NCBI RefSeq assembly: GCF_004010195.1
Contig: NC_057754.1
Coordinates: 12,830,333 to 12,865,850 of the forward strand
Direction of reading: 5' to 3'
DNA: 35,518 nucleotides
Origin: Chiloscyllium plagiosum
Taxonomy: Eukaryota
Positions 1 through 11,456 of the stretch are shown in pieces (the first letter of the stretch is position 1; every line of letters begins with the position of its first letter). The notes under the pieces were generated by a model. It saw only the letters and a program-made list of their open reading frames with translations. It searched no databases and was not told the origin of the DNA. The position numbers were made by a program, and so were the translations under genes.

Positions 1-780
1 CCAAGCCACACATCCTAAGTCATGTCTCACCGCATCATAATTTCCCTGACCCCAGCTATAACTCTTGCCCTGTAGTACACACTTATCCCTCTCCATCACG
101 AGAGTAAAAATCACCGTATTATGGTCACTATCCCCAAAGTGCTCACGTACCTCTAATTCTAACACCTGGCCTGGTTCGTTACCCAGAACCAAATCCAGTA
201 TGGCCTCACCTCTTGTTGGCCTGTCTACATATTGTGTCAGGAAACTCTCCTGCACACATTGAACAAACACTGTCCCATCTAACGAACTTGAGCTATAGCT
301 TTCCCAATTAATATCAGGAAAGTTAAAGTCCCCCATAACAACCACCCTATTACTGTCACTCATCTCCTGAATCACCTTCCCTATCCTTTCTTCTACGTTT
401 CTAGGACTATTAGGAGGCCTGTAAAAAACTCCTGACAGGGTGACCTCACCTTTCCTATTCCTAACCTCAGCCCAAACTACCTCAGATGGCAAGTCCTCAT
501 CCATCGTCCTTTCCACCTCTGTAATACTATCTTTGACAAGCAATGCCATACCTCCCCCTCTTTTACCCCCACCTCTGTCCCTACTAAAACATTTAAATCC
601 TGGAACCCGCAACTGCCAATCCTGTCCCTGTTCTAGCCATGTCTCCGTAATAGCCACAACATCGAAGTCCCAGGTACCAACCCACGCTGCAAGTTCACCT
701 ACCTTATTTCGTATACTTCTTGCATTGAAGTATACACACTTCAAGCCACTTTCCTGTTTACAGACACCCTCCTTGGAAAT
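1..780 (-). CDS. CR1 ORF2 N-terminal AP-endonuclease domain (partial, open to window edge)
   Basis: Manual translation: LKCVYFNARSIRNK...DVVAITETWL...YRPP...MGDFNFPDINW...GDSDHN. No stop seen from 780 to 1; TAA at 781-783 lies just upstream. Confidence 0.9.
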   Translation of the reverse strand, partial: MSKEGVCKQESGLKCVYFNARSIRNKVGELAAWVGTWDFDVVAITETWLEQGQDWQLRVPGFKCFSRDRGGGKRGGGMALLVKDSITEVERTMDEDLPSEVVWAEVRNRKGEVTLSGVFYRPPNSPRNVEERIGKVIQEMSDSNRVVVMGDFNFPDINWESYSSSSLDGTVFVQCVQESFLTQYVDRPTRGEAILDLVLGNEPGQVLELEVREHFGDSDHNTVIFTLVMERDKCVLQGKSYSWGQGNYDAVRHDLGCVAW

Positions 781-1034
781 TTATGCCATGTTCCTAACCT
801 CCCTACACTCCGGGCCCTGCACCCTGAAGCTACAATCTTGGTTCCCATGCCCCTGCAGAGTTAGTTTAAACTCCCCCCAAGAGCACTAGCAAACCTCCCA
901 CTAAGGATACTGGTGCCCCTCAGGTTCAGGTGTAGACCATCCTGTTTATAGAGGTTCCACCGTCCCCAGAAAGAACCCCAGTTATCCAAAAACCGGATTC
1001 CCTCCCTCCTGCACCATCCCTGTAGCCACGCATT

Positions 1035-1787
1035 TCAGTGTTCTCTTTCCCTATTCCTCGAATCTCTATCACGTGGCACGGGTAACAAACCAGAGACAAC
1101 AACTCTGTTCGTTCTAACTTTGAGCTTCCAACCTAGCTCCCTGAAAGCCTGTCTAACATCCTCTGCACTCCTCCTACCTATGTCGTTGGTCGCAATATGG
1201 ACCACGACTTCGGGCTGGTCCCCCTCCCCCTCCAGGACCCGGGAAACACGATCAGAGACATCACGTACCCTTTCACCTGGGAGGCAACATACCAAACGTG
1301 AGTCTCTCTCGTTCCCACAAAACCGCCTATCTGTGCCACGAACTATCGAGTCCCCAATTACTACTGCTCTGCTCTTCTTCACCCTTCCCTTCTGAGTAAC
1401 GGGGATAGGCTCCGTGCCAGAGACCTGAGCCCCGTTACTTACCCCTGGTAAGTCATCCCCCCCACAAGTATCCAAAACGGTATACTTGTTCTTGAGGGGA
1501 ATGGCCGCAGGGGGTCCCTGCACTGGCTGCTTCCTCCCAGTCCCCCTCACTGTCACCCATCTATCTGCCATCTTTGGAGTTACTACTTCCCTGTAACTCT
1601 GATCTATGACCCCCTCTGCCTCCTGAATGATCCGAAGTTCATCCAACTCCTGCTCCAGTTCCCTAACACGGTCTTGGTGGAGCTGGAGATGGGTGCACTT
1701 CCTGCAAGTGTAATCGGCAGGGACGTCGATGGCATCCCTCACCTCATACATGTTGCAGGAGGAACATTGCACTGCCTTCACTGCCAT
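1035..1787 (-). CDS. CR1 ORF1 (CxxC..CxxC zinc finger, coiled coil, SGNH/GDSL esterase), C-terminus apparently frameshifted
   Basis: 250-aa ORF with CSSC...CRKC, heptad-like RVRELEQELDEL, VVIGDSIVRG, CLPG and VVHIATND motifs. Homology (NAWLQ) continues in another frame after the stop. Confidence 0.9.
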   Translation of the reverse strand: MAVKAVQCSSCNMYEVRDAIDVPADYTCRKCTHLQLHQDRVRELEQELDELRIIQEAEGVIDQSYREVVTPKMADRWVTVRGTGRKQPVQGPPAAIPLKNKYTVLDTCGGDDLPGVSNGAQVSGTEPIPVTQKGRVKKSRAVVIGDSIVRGTDRRFCGNERDSRLVCCLPGERVRDVSDRVSRVLEGEGDQPEVVVHIATNDIGRRSAEDVRQAFRELGWKLKVRTNRVVVSGLLPVPRDRDSRNREREH

Positions 1788-1929
1788 CCCTCAAAAGCTA
1801 ACTTTTATTTAAAAAAAAAACTGGGTCTAAAGAATACAACAAGCAAAATTCAGCACTTACCTACTTACCACAACAGATGTTATTATCAGGTTAGAGGAGG
1901 AGGGCGGGTGGGAGGCATCAACTTAAATA

Positions 1930-4030
1930 GATGAAGATGAAGTCTGAAGGTTAGGTTCGTGAGGAAGCCAGTTAGGATGAGCAAACCCATTTTAGCCCAA
2001 AGGCCAAGTGAGAAAATGTTTAAATGTTCAAACATTGCCTAAATTTGATGATAAGCCTTTTTCATTTCGTTTGAAAACGTGGCTCAACAAATGCGGTGGT
2101 CAGGGACCATATGCTTTTTGATGATCCAAACAAAACTTAAAAATAGAGCTTGTGAAATATTCTCATCAGCATGACAAGCTGTGTCTGGGGCGTATCAGGA
2201 GGTGAAGTGAACCATCTTGAGTGCAAATGAGCTTGTATCAGAAACCTACACACGTTTCAGGAATCTAAGAAGGGACCCTGCTCAACCCTACGCTGGATTT
2301 TAAAGGATCAAAAAAGTTAATCTTGAGAGGTGGCTACGGGCGTTAAAATAGTAGAAGTGCTCCTTAGTGTTTGAAAAGCCAGTGGAAACAAGGCTACTGA
2401 ACAATTGTACGACCCACGTCTTGGGTTTTTTTCCTGACTGGGCAGTAACGGTGTCACAAAGTCACGAGTTGCATCAGGAGACATGAAAACATACACACAG
2501 GAAAGTTGAGGTGGAAATTGTACAGACGCTGTTTGATCAAATGGTTGATACAAACAAGGACCAGACAGATGAAAAAGCAGACATCTTTAGCTCACTGGGC
2601 GGCACGGTGGCACAATGGTTAGCACTGCTGCCTCACAGCGCCAGAGACCCGGGTTCAATTTCCACCTCAGGCGACTCTCTGTGTGGAGTTTGCACGTTCT
2701 CCCTGTCTCTGCGTGGGTTTCCTCCCACAATTTAAAAATGTGCAGGTTCGGTGAATTGGCCATGCTAAATTTCTGGTAGTGTTAGGTGAAGGGGTAAATG
2801 TAGGGGAATGGGTCTGGGTGGGTTGTGCTTCGGCAGGTCAGTGTGGACTTGTTGCGCCGAAGATCCTGTTTCCACACTGTAAGTAATCTAATCTAAAATA
2901 AGCTATCTGTTTTACAGTAGAGATATTCAAATTAAAGCAATTCTATTAAAAGGCATACACAGAAAAAAAAAACGGTCTGAATATAATTACCTTAAAAATT
3001 TGTTATAATGTGGAAATCATGTCAGCATCTATTCAAACAGATGAAAAATAACCACAAGTTCATCAAGTCGTATTATCAGTAGGTTATGAAAGGAGGTGTT
3101 CGGGTGACGCATAAGGTACGAGTAGAGGCTCATTTAGGATCGAGAAAAACTCAAACAAAAATGCAAAAACATTTCTTTCCTGGCCCAGCCTGCACAAGGA
3201 TGCAGTTACATTTTGCCAGACGTGTCACAAATGACAGGTAAATGGAAAACCAGAGGCCATTACTAAATCCCGCACCATTAATATGTATTCCTTGTGAAAG
3301 GTTTTACGGGAGTCTGAATTGATTGCATAGGACACATACCTAACAGAAAAAGTGGAAAACAAGTATTTGTTAATAAAAATGGATGTGTCCACAACATTTC
3401 CAGAGGCCGTTCCATAATGCAATCAACCAGCTAAAAGGACTGTAGAGGAGTGACTCAAACTTTACACTATGTATGGGCTACCCACAAAGGTGCAATCGGA
3501 TTGATGTCAAAGTTTGCATCAAAAGTTTTTGGTGTTGCAGGAAGACGACAAGAGGATGGAAAGACCTTTCGGGTGTTTCTTGAGGAAATTGATCGTTCAT
3601 CAGCAGAAATATTCGACAGTTGAGAAGGGGAATTTGAGGTTTGTGTTGGCGTTACAACATTTCAATATGTATGTGACCAGTAATGTATCTGAGGCAATCA
3701 TATACAATAATCATACTTCATTAAAATTGTGGAGAAATTTAAAGACAAAATATCCAGTTTAGATGGAGCTTATTGTTTAAGATATTCAATTTCAAAGTGG
3801 TGCGTGTGGCAGGACAAGAAAACATGATTGCCAATGTCTTGTTGAGAATTGAAAGAGAAATGGAGGAGTTCGTTTGCAGTAGTAAACGAAATGTAGTCGC
3901 TCGTGTTTGCAAGATTTTTGTCAATGTAATGTATATGGATATTGTAGTGTACCAATAACTTAGGATTAAGAAGATTTAAAATGAAACCAACTCTGGAACT
4001 TGATGGTTCTTTACCTTTTAAGGATGAAGG
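1930..4030 (+). mobile_element. Decayed Gmr1-like Gypsy retrotransposon internal region (gag remnant, integrase, RNase H; RT deleted)
   Basis: 1930-2330 resembles the gag at 7850-8230. Integrase H..H/CQTC zinc finger and DCIG/FPEA/QSD core at ~3100-3500. RNase H ERP...RKL..HQQKYSTVEK...FVLALQHF at 3514-3850. Confidence 0.85.
2597..2896 (+). mobile_element. tRNA-derived SINE, HE1-type, inserted in the Gypsy remnant
   Basis: GGGCGGCACGGTGGCACAATGGTTAGCACTGCTGCCTCACAGC head with A box and GGTTCAATT B box. CR1-like 3' tail ending in (TAATC)n. Confidence 0.9.
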
Positions 4031-4251
4031 TAAGATGATGTTGCTCCTTCAGCAAGGTTATGTTGCTGTTTTTTCTTTTTCATGAAGTCGAAAAAACACA
4101 GGTTGCGAAAAGACTGGGCTTGGATGGGTTTTAGGGCCAATTTGATTCTAGAACATAGAACATAGAACATTACAGCGCTGAACAGGCACCTCGGCCCATG
4201 TTGTTGTGCCGAACATTTATCTTAATCTAACGTCAACCTCACCTACAGACC

Positions 4252-4343
4252 CTGATGAAGGGCTTTTGCCCGAAACGTCGATTTTCCTGCTCCTCGGATG
4301 CTGCTTGACCTGCTGTAGTTTTCCAGCACCACTTAATCTTGAA
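4252..4343 (+). mobile_element. Penelope-like element terminal fragment with a minimal hammerhead-ribozyme motif
   Basis: CTGATGA-A-GGGC-TTTT-GCCC-GAAACGTC at 4252-4279. Flanked by TCACCTA(C/T)AGACC at 4239-4251 and 4344-4356. Confidence 0.75.
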
Positions 4344-4953
4344 TCACCTATAGACCACCAATTTAGTGCTGTCCATGCGCTTGTCCAGCAGTCACTTAAA
4401 TGTCCCTAATGTCTCTGACTCTACTTCCACCCCTGGCAGTGCATTACATGCATGCAAAACACTGTGTAGAGAACCTACCTCTGATAACTCCCCTTTACTT
4501 TCCTCCAATTACCTTAAAATTATGTTCCCACGTGACAGCAATTTCTGCCCGAGGAAGAAATCTGTGGCTAACTACTCTATCTATGCCTCTCGTTATCTTG
4601 TACATTTATATCAAATCACCTTTCTTCTTCTCTCCAGTATGAAAAGCCCTAGCTCATTCAACCTCGCTTCATAAGACAAGCCCTGAAATCCAGGCAGCAT
4701 CCAGGCAAATATCCTCTGCAGTGTCTCTAAAGTAACTGCATCCTTTCCATAATGTGGTGACCAACAATGGAGGGAATATTCCAAGTGGGATCTAACAAGA
4801 GTTCTATAGAGCTACAACAAAACCTCGCTCAATCCCCTGCTAACGAAAGCCAAAGCACCATACGCCATCCTAACAACCCTATCAAGTTGGGTGGCAACTT
4901 TGAGGGATCTATGAGCACCGACCCTATGATGGTTCTGCCACACTGCCAAGAAA

Positions 4954-5162
4954 CCTGTCTTTAACCCTATATTCAGCATTCAAATTCGACATGCTTTTGA
5001 AAGAATCATTCCACATTTATCCAGGTTGAAGTCCATAGAACATAGAAGAATACAGCGCAGTACAGGCCCTTGGGCCCTCCCTGTCTTTAACCCTATATTC
5101 AGCATTCAAATTCGACATGCTTTTGAAAGAATCATTCCACATTTATCCAGGTTGAAGTCCAT
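4954..5162. repeat. 83-bp perfect direct repeat (4954-5036, 5080-5162) flanking a 43-nt CR1 3' tail
   Basis: Read directly. The insert AGAACATAGAAGAATACAGCGCAGTACAGGCCCTT matches the CR1 tail at ~34658-34692. Confidence 0.92.
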
Positions 5163-6419
5163 GTGCTACCTTTTTTCCCAAAATGTGCTAATAATCTTTT
5201 TTCCAAATATTCATGAATCCTACATATCAGAACATGTTCTAGTGTCTTGTTTACCACAGACATAAAACTCATTGGTGTAATTCCCAGGGATTTCCCTATT
5301 CCCTTTCTTAAACAGAAGAACATCATTCGCTTCCTTCCAAGAATCCAGTCCTATTCCCGTGGAGAGTGAGGAGGCAAAGGCCATCGCCACAGTGGTGGCA
5401 GTCTCATTCCTTGCTTCCCGTATTAACCTTGGATATATCTGGTCTGGCTCCGGGGACTTAACTATCTTGACGCTTACCAGAATTTCTTGCACATCTATTT
5501 TTTTAATATCAATTTGTTCAAGCTTATTAATGGGAACCATGCTATTCTCACCATTAACAAGTTCCCTAACTCCAGTGAGTGCTGAACCAAAAAAAAAACC
5601 TTGTGGCTCTCCCGTTCATCTTCAGATTCCAGACACAAGTTCCCCCCACTATCCCTGATCGGCCTCACCCTCTCTCTGATTATTCTATTATTCCTCACGT
5701 ACTTGTAGAACGCCTTTGGGTTTTCCTAATCCTTCCCACCAAGGCTTTTTCGTACTCCGTCCTAGCTCTCCTCAGTTGATGTTTGAGTTCATTCATAGTT
5801 ACCCTTTAACCCTCTAGCGCTGTGCCACATCCTTGCTTCCTCAACCTTAAACAAGCTTCCTTCTTCCTTTTGACGAGAACGTGATACATATCACCCCAGT
5901 TAAAAGAATTCCATGTTTAAAACAAAAACACTTGTTCAATGAAAGAGAAATGGCCAGGTCTCCCAATTCAGCTTGTCTCTGGTTTTATTTGGTTTTTGGG
6001 CAGTCCAGCTGTACACTGAAGGCAGTCAGGCAGTTTTGAAACTGCTGATCCAAAAAACAGGTACTGAGAAGAAGGTGTTCTACGCTATCATCTCCCTCTC
6101 TCCGGTCCGACCTTGTGTTTGATTTTGCTTTTGTGCCAAGGGGATTTTCTGGGGATTGATGCAGTTATTTGGAATATTATCATTATGTTGATATAAGCTG
6201 CTGGATTTTCTGATTGGATACGTTCTCTTTTGTTTGTGTTTCATTCGGCAATTTTGCAAATAAATTCTGTGCTGTTTAAACCTAAGTAGTTTGACCAATT
6301 GCATCCCTTTTGGAATATCTGCATTACACCTGTTTAAAACAACCTGCAAAGTTAGGGTCTGGGATACTTTCTTGAAATGTTTTGTGGGGTTATGGAATGG
6401 TCCATATCAGTTAAAATAC

Positions 6420-7165
6420 ATTCCAACAGTTGCATGGTAAACAAGGTTTGGAGGGACATTGGCCAGGCACAGAAAAGTGTGACAAGTCTAATTTGCGAGA
6501 CATGGTCAGGATGGCCAAATAGGGCCAAGCGGTCTCTTTTTGTGCTGCATGACTCTGTGATAGATAAGAATGCAGATGCAATATCTCATCTTTGCTGCTG
6601 ATGCATAGATTTTAAGAGCAGAGGGTTTGTGCTGAAATTATATAAATAGAGGATTAAGCCACAGCAATAATATTCTTTCCAGTTGTGTACCCCAAATTAT
6701 AGGAGGGTGCGTTTGCACTGGCAAGGGTGCACAGCAGGTTTATTAAGATTTTCTGGAGTGTTTTAGTTATGCAGAGAGATCGGATAGGCTGGAATGTATT
6801 TTTTGGAGCTGCAGTGATTGAGAGACCAAATAGTGATGATTAATTATGATAGACATAGTTGAAAATCTTCCTCTTGATGGTGATGAATTACCAGGGGACG
6901 AAACTCCAATAAAGACGAAGAGATCTGTGGTTTCATGAGGTAGAAAAGATCAATCAAAAGGTGATGGGAATCTTGAACTCACTACTTGAACATGTCCTTG
7001 AGTTAGAAGCATTTATAACGCCTAATGTGCATTTTGATGTATACCTGCGATGCCAAGCTGTAAAGGAGATAGTCCAAGTCAAGTAAAATTGGCTTAGAGA
7101 CCTAGGGTGCTGGTTTGGCAACCACGGTGGGCCAAAATACATTTTTCCCTGTGCTGTACATTTCA
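6420..7165 (+). mobile_element. Old CR1 3'-end fragments (two pieces)
   Basis: Degenerate similarity to other CR1 3' ends in the window (GGGCCAA...GTGCTG tail, decayed ORF2 C-terminus). Confidence 0.65.
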
Positions 7166-7594
7166 GTTGCTCAATTAAAACGTGAAATCTGATGAAAACA
7201 GGCCAAGCAATAGCAAGAAAACCGATTGCTGAATGCTACCTACTGTCCGAATTGCATAAAATCCGTTCTCCTTGTCTCATTTCAAATTATCGAGTACATG
7301 GTTTGCCGAGGACTTCCAGGTAGTCCCAAATTCGAGGTAGAATTGAGGTAACAAGATGCATACTGAGTCTGGAACGGCAATATCCAGCACTCACTGAGGC
7401 TATGTCGCACCCCAAAACATGAACTGATCAATTCTGAAATGACTGAATGAAATTCTCTTAGATACAAAGGAGATGAGCCATGTTTTACTGGGAGCCAACT
7501 GTGGCAACACAGGATAAATAATGTAGTGTGCAATGCAGAAATTAAATTACGATTTGTAGAATATGTAATTCGGGACTAATTGCTCTTCACACAG

Positions 7595-7753
7595 TATAGG
7601 CGATCCTGGTGGTCAGGTCGTCATCCAGAGCACAGTGCAAAAGGCAATTGGATTCCAGCCCAGCCTGATGGACATGAGTCCTCGAGGCGGGCCCCCAGGT
7701 CAGAGGCCAGCACGAGGAGGCAGCGAGGCCGCGAGTCACAACTCCATCAAAAG
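7595..7753 (+). other. Candidate orphan internal exon (159 nt)
   Basis: CTAAT branch-like site, pyrimidine tract and CAG upstream; AAG|GTCTGT downstream. GC-rich in AT-rich flanks, length divisible by 3, two frames open. Confidence 0.4.
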
Positions 7754-7829
7754 GTCTGTATGTTGAATACCTTTTAAAATACTTCCTACTTTATTCTGGA
7801 CCTTCAGTAAATCTTTGAATTCCTATGCG

Positions 7830-10800
7830 AGACTTTTTGTTTACTCTGAAGGCAAACTTAGTGAGGATGAGCAAACCCATGGTAGCCAAAGGCCTGGTGA
7901 GAAACTGTTTAAATATATTCTATCATTGTCTAAATTTGATGAGAAGGATATGGAATCCTTTTTCAACTCATTTGAAAAGGTGTCGAAACAAATGCGGTGG
8001 CCAGTGACTATGTGAGTTTTGTTGAACCAAAGAAAATGTACAGGTAGAGCTAGTGAGATATTCGCATCAATATCAGAGGAGGTATCTGGGGAATATAAGG
8101 AGGTGAATAAGGCCATCTTAAGAGCGTATGAGCTTATTCCAGAAGCCGACAGAGAATGTTTCAGGAATCTAATGAGGGACCCTGGTCAAACCTACACTGA
8201 GTTTGAAAGAAACAAACAAAATAAATTTGATAAGTGGATAATGACATTAAAAATAGAGTAAGCCTAGAAAGACAATTATTTTGGTGGAGTTCACTACTTC
8301 CTGAAGTAATAAAAACTCATGTGTAAAAGCAGAGATTTAAAATGGCAAGGTTAACAGCTGAAATGGCTGAAGATTATGAGTTGGTTCATAAATTAAAATT
8401 TGGCTTGCAGAATCAGTTTCATACAATGAGGGTTAGAAACTGCACAAAAGAGAAATCTTCACGTGGAAAGGGAAAGGCAGATCTCAGTGATGATCATCAG
8501 GATAATTTACCACAAGGTAAAAAGGAAACCCTGGAAGGGGACAGAGAAGTTACAAAGCTCTGGTGTTTTCACTGCAGTAAAGTAGGCCAGAGGAAATCAC
8601 AGTGTTGGTAGGTTAGAGTAAGTACTGGGAAGCCAGATATAGGAAAACAGGATAAGCCAGTTAATTTTGTTGGGCTGATAATGGAAAGCACAGTGGAGGG
8701 TCGAAGGCTGCACCAGAATGTGCAAGCTGGTCGGAGCTTGGTTAAGGAGGAAGTGACAGATCTTGTGAAAAGGCAAAGTTTATTTTCATAGGCCAGGAGC
8801 AGCGGGTAAAGCGGTTACAATATTAAGAGACACAGGATCATCTCAATCTGTGATGTTGAAAGACGAGGAGACATGCACTTCTGAAGGTCTATTTCCGTAA
8901 CTAGTAACGGGAATTCATGGTGAGACAAAAAACACCCAATTATGTAATTTGAGATTAGTCATGATCAGATTACTGGCTCTCAACTCCAGGAATAAAATTT
9001 GTCCTTGCTAATGATATTACTGATTCACCGGTACTATGAATCTAGACAGGACACATAATCTAGAATTTTTCCTGACTGTGTGGTAAAGAGGTCAAAAGGT
9101 CATCATTTGAAACAAGAGAGATCAATGTGTACTGATAAGAAAGTTGAAGTGGATTTAGCAGAGACCCTGTTTGATCAGATGGTTGAGACAAACCAGGAGC
9201 AGATAGATGACAATGTAGACTCCTTTAGGTCAGACAAATTAACTGAGTTACAGCAAAAAGATCAAAATTTAAAGCAGTTATATCAAAAGGCATACTGTAA
9301 AAAGGAGTCCAGGTGTATCCCTGAATACTATTAGCTTAAAACACATGCCTTATTGAGGAAATTGAGGCCATCTCATATCCAGGCAGATGAGAAATGGGCA
9401 GAAGTTCATCAAATCACATTCCAGTGGGGTATGGGAAGGAGGTGTTACGATTGGGGCATGAGCTAACATTTGGGGGTCATTTAGGAATGAGGAAAACACA
9501 AGTTAAAATACAATATCATTTTGACTGGCCTAGACTGCACAAGGATGTAGTTGCATTTTGCCAGATGTGCAATACATGTCAGGTAATTGTAAAACCATAG
9601 GCAGTAATAAAACCCGCACCTTTAATACCTCTTTCTGCATTTGTGGAACCATTTACAAGAGCCTTAATCGATTGCATAGGTCCACTACCTCAAACAAAAA
9701 GTGGGATTCAGTATTTGAGCCACAATGATCGGTGCTGAGTCCTCTATTTTTTGTCATTTATATAAATGATTTGGATTCGAGCATAAGAGGTATAGTTAGT
9801 AAGTTTGCAAATGACAGCAAAATTGAAGTTGTAGTGGACAGTGAAAAGGTTACCTTAGATTACAACAGGATCTTGATCAGATGGGCCAATTGGCCGAGGA
9901 GTGGCAAACGGTGTTTAATTCAGATAAATGCGGAGTGCTGCATTTTGGGAAAGCAAATCTTAGCCGGACCTGTGTACTTAATGGAGAGTGATGCTGAACA
10001 AAGAGACCTTGGAGTGTAAGCTTAATGCTCCTTGAAAGTGGAGTCGCAGGTAGTTAGGATAGTGAAGAAGGCGTTTGGTAAGCTTTCTTTTATTGGTCAG
10101 AGTATTGAGTATAAGAGTTGGGCGGTCATGTTGCGGCTGTACAGGTCATTCGTTAGGCCACTGCTGAAATATTGCATGCAATTCTGTTCTCCTTCGTAAC
10201 GGAAAGAAGTTGTGAATTTGAAAGGGTTCAGAAAAGATTCCCATTGATGTTGCCAGTGTTGGAAGATTTGAGCTATGGGGAGAGGCTGAACAGGCTGAGG
10301 TTGTTTTCCCTGGAGCGTTGGAGTTTGAGGGGTGACCTTATAGAGGTTTACAAAATTATGAGGGGGTTGGATAGGATAAATAGACAAGGTCTTTTCCTGG
10401 GGTCGGGGAGTCCAGACCAAGAGGGCATAGGTTTATGGTGAGAAGGGAGAGATTTAAAAGGGACCTAAGGGGCAACCTTTTCACGCAGAGGGTGGTACAT
10501 GTATCGAATGAGCTGCCAGAGGATGTGGTGGAGGATGGTACAATTGCAACATTTAAGAAGCATTTGGATGGTATATGAATGGGAAGGGTTTGGAGGGATA
10601 TGAGCCTGGTATTGGCAGGTGGGACTAGATTGAGTTGGGATATCTGGTCGGCATGGACGGGTTGTACTGAAGGGTCTATTTCCATGCTATTACTCTATGT
10701 CTCGACAATAATGGATGTATCGGCTAGATTTCCAGTGGTCACGCAATATCACAGCTAAAAGGTTTGTAGAGGGATTACTCAAACATTTCATGAGATACGG

Positions 10801-11456
10801 ACAAATAACAGAGATACAATCGGATCAAGGGTCAAACATCACATCCAAACTATTCAAGGAGGTTACGTATAGCTTGGGAATAAAGCAATTCAAATCTACT
10901 GCATATCATCCAGATTTCCATGGAGGATTAGTAAGGTAGAATTAGACATTAATAATCATGTTGAGGGCTTATAGTCTAGATTATCCAGATGATTGGGATA
11001 AGAGAAATCTGTTTGTGATTTTTGCGATCAGAGGTGCACCAAATGGATCGACCAAATTCAGTCCGTTGAATTGGTTTTGGAGCATGAAATGAGAGGACCA
11101 TTAGAATTGATTAATGGCAAACTGGTAAGTCCGAATTTAGAGATCGCATATTTGGACTATGTGCCAAATTTTAAGAATGATTAAATAGACCTGGGTAGTT
11201 GGAGGGGCAGCATTTGCAGGTATCGCAGCATATGATGAAACAGGACGCAGACAAGAAATAAAAAAATTGCAAGTTTGCTATCAGTTTTAGTGTTACTTCC
11301 AATGATAGGTGAACCTTTAAAAGCAAGGTTTAGTGAACCTTATTAAGTCAAAAGGAGATTGAGTAAAATGAACTGCTTCATAGGGACCCCAGACAGAAAG
11401 AAATCTCACAGGGTGTGTCATGCGAATATGCTCAAAAGAGTTTGACAGAAAAGGAA
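7830..11456 (+). mobile_element. Decayed Gmr1-like Gypsy retrotransposon: gag, protease, integrase (interrupted by CR1); RT/RNase H absent
   Basis: Gag KFDEKDMESFFNSFEK..WP and AILRAYELIPEA; zinc knuckle CFHCSKVGQRKSQC (~8565-8607); protease ILRDTGSSQS (~8820-8850); integrase HELTFGGHLG..CNTC, IDCIGPLP, IQSDQGSN, STAYHP; FSEPY and VCHANMLK at the C-terminus. Confidence 0.92.
9718..10701 (+). mobile_element. 5'-truncated CR1 LINE inserted in the Gypsy integrase core
   Basis: VLSPLFFVIYINDL..KFAND RT motifs, LFSLERWSLRGDLIEVYK and 3' tail. Integrase reads KSGIQYL before and TIMDVSARFP after. Confidence 0.93.

Larger units (their letters stand above)
1..1925 (-). mobile_element. CR1-clade LINE, 5' portion (5'UTR, ORF1, ORF2 endonuclease); continues off the left edge
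   Basis: Zinc-finger/esterase ORF1 followed by an APE-type ORF2 on the minus strand. The right boundary is approximate (start of Gypsy-like sequence). Confidence 0.93.
4149..5878 (-). mobile_element. Decayed CR1 LINE (ORF2 fragments and 3' tail)
   Basis: (AGAACAT)n tail at 4149-4170. Minus-strand KSPEPDQIYPRL..W.EAN..LFKKG and RIIRERVRPIRDSGGNLC fragments. Confidence 0.9.
4034..6409 (+). repeat. Probable Gypsy 3' LTR split by a CR1 insertion (pieces ~4034-4148 and ~5880-6409)
   Basis: Follows a purine-rich tract after RNase H. Its 3' part resembles 15345-15790 (TTTGACCA..TGGAATATC..TAAAACAA..TGGTCCATA.CA) and ends in CA. Confidence 0.6.

Noticed and set aside
440..889. 149-aa plus-strand ORF and similar short ORFs such as 1120-1395
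   Set aside because: Antisense shadows of CR1 ORFs.
1820..1872. Intron in the CR1 5'UTR (two GGTAAGT donors on the minus strand)
   Set aside because: The best nearby acceptor gives an intron under ~50 nt; not supportable without transcripts.
2597..2670. tRNA gene (also A/B-box-like heads at ~16465-16530 and ~24142-24200)
   Set aside because: These look like SINE heads; no complete cloverleaf.
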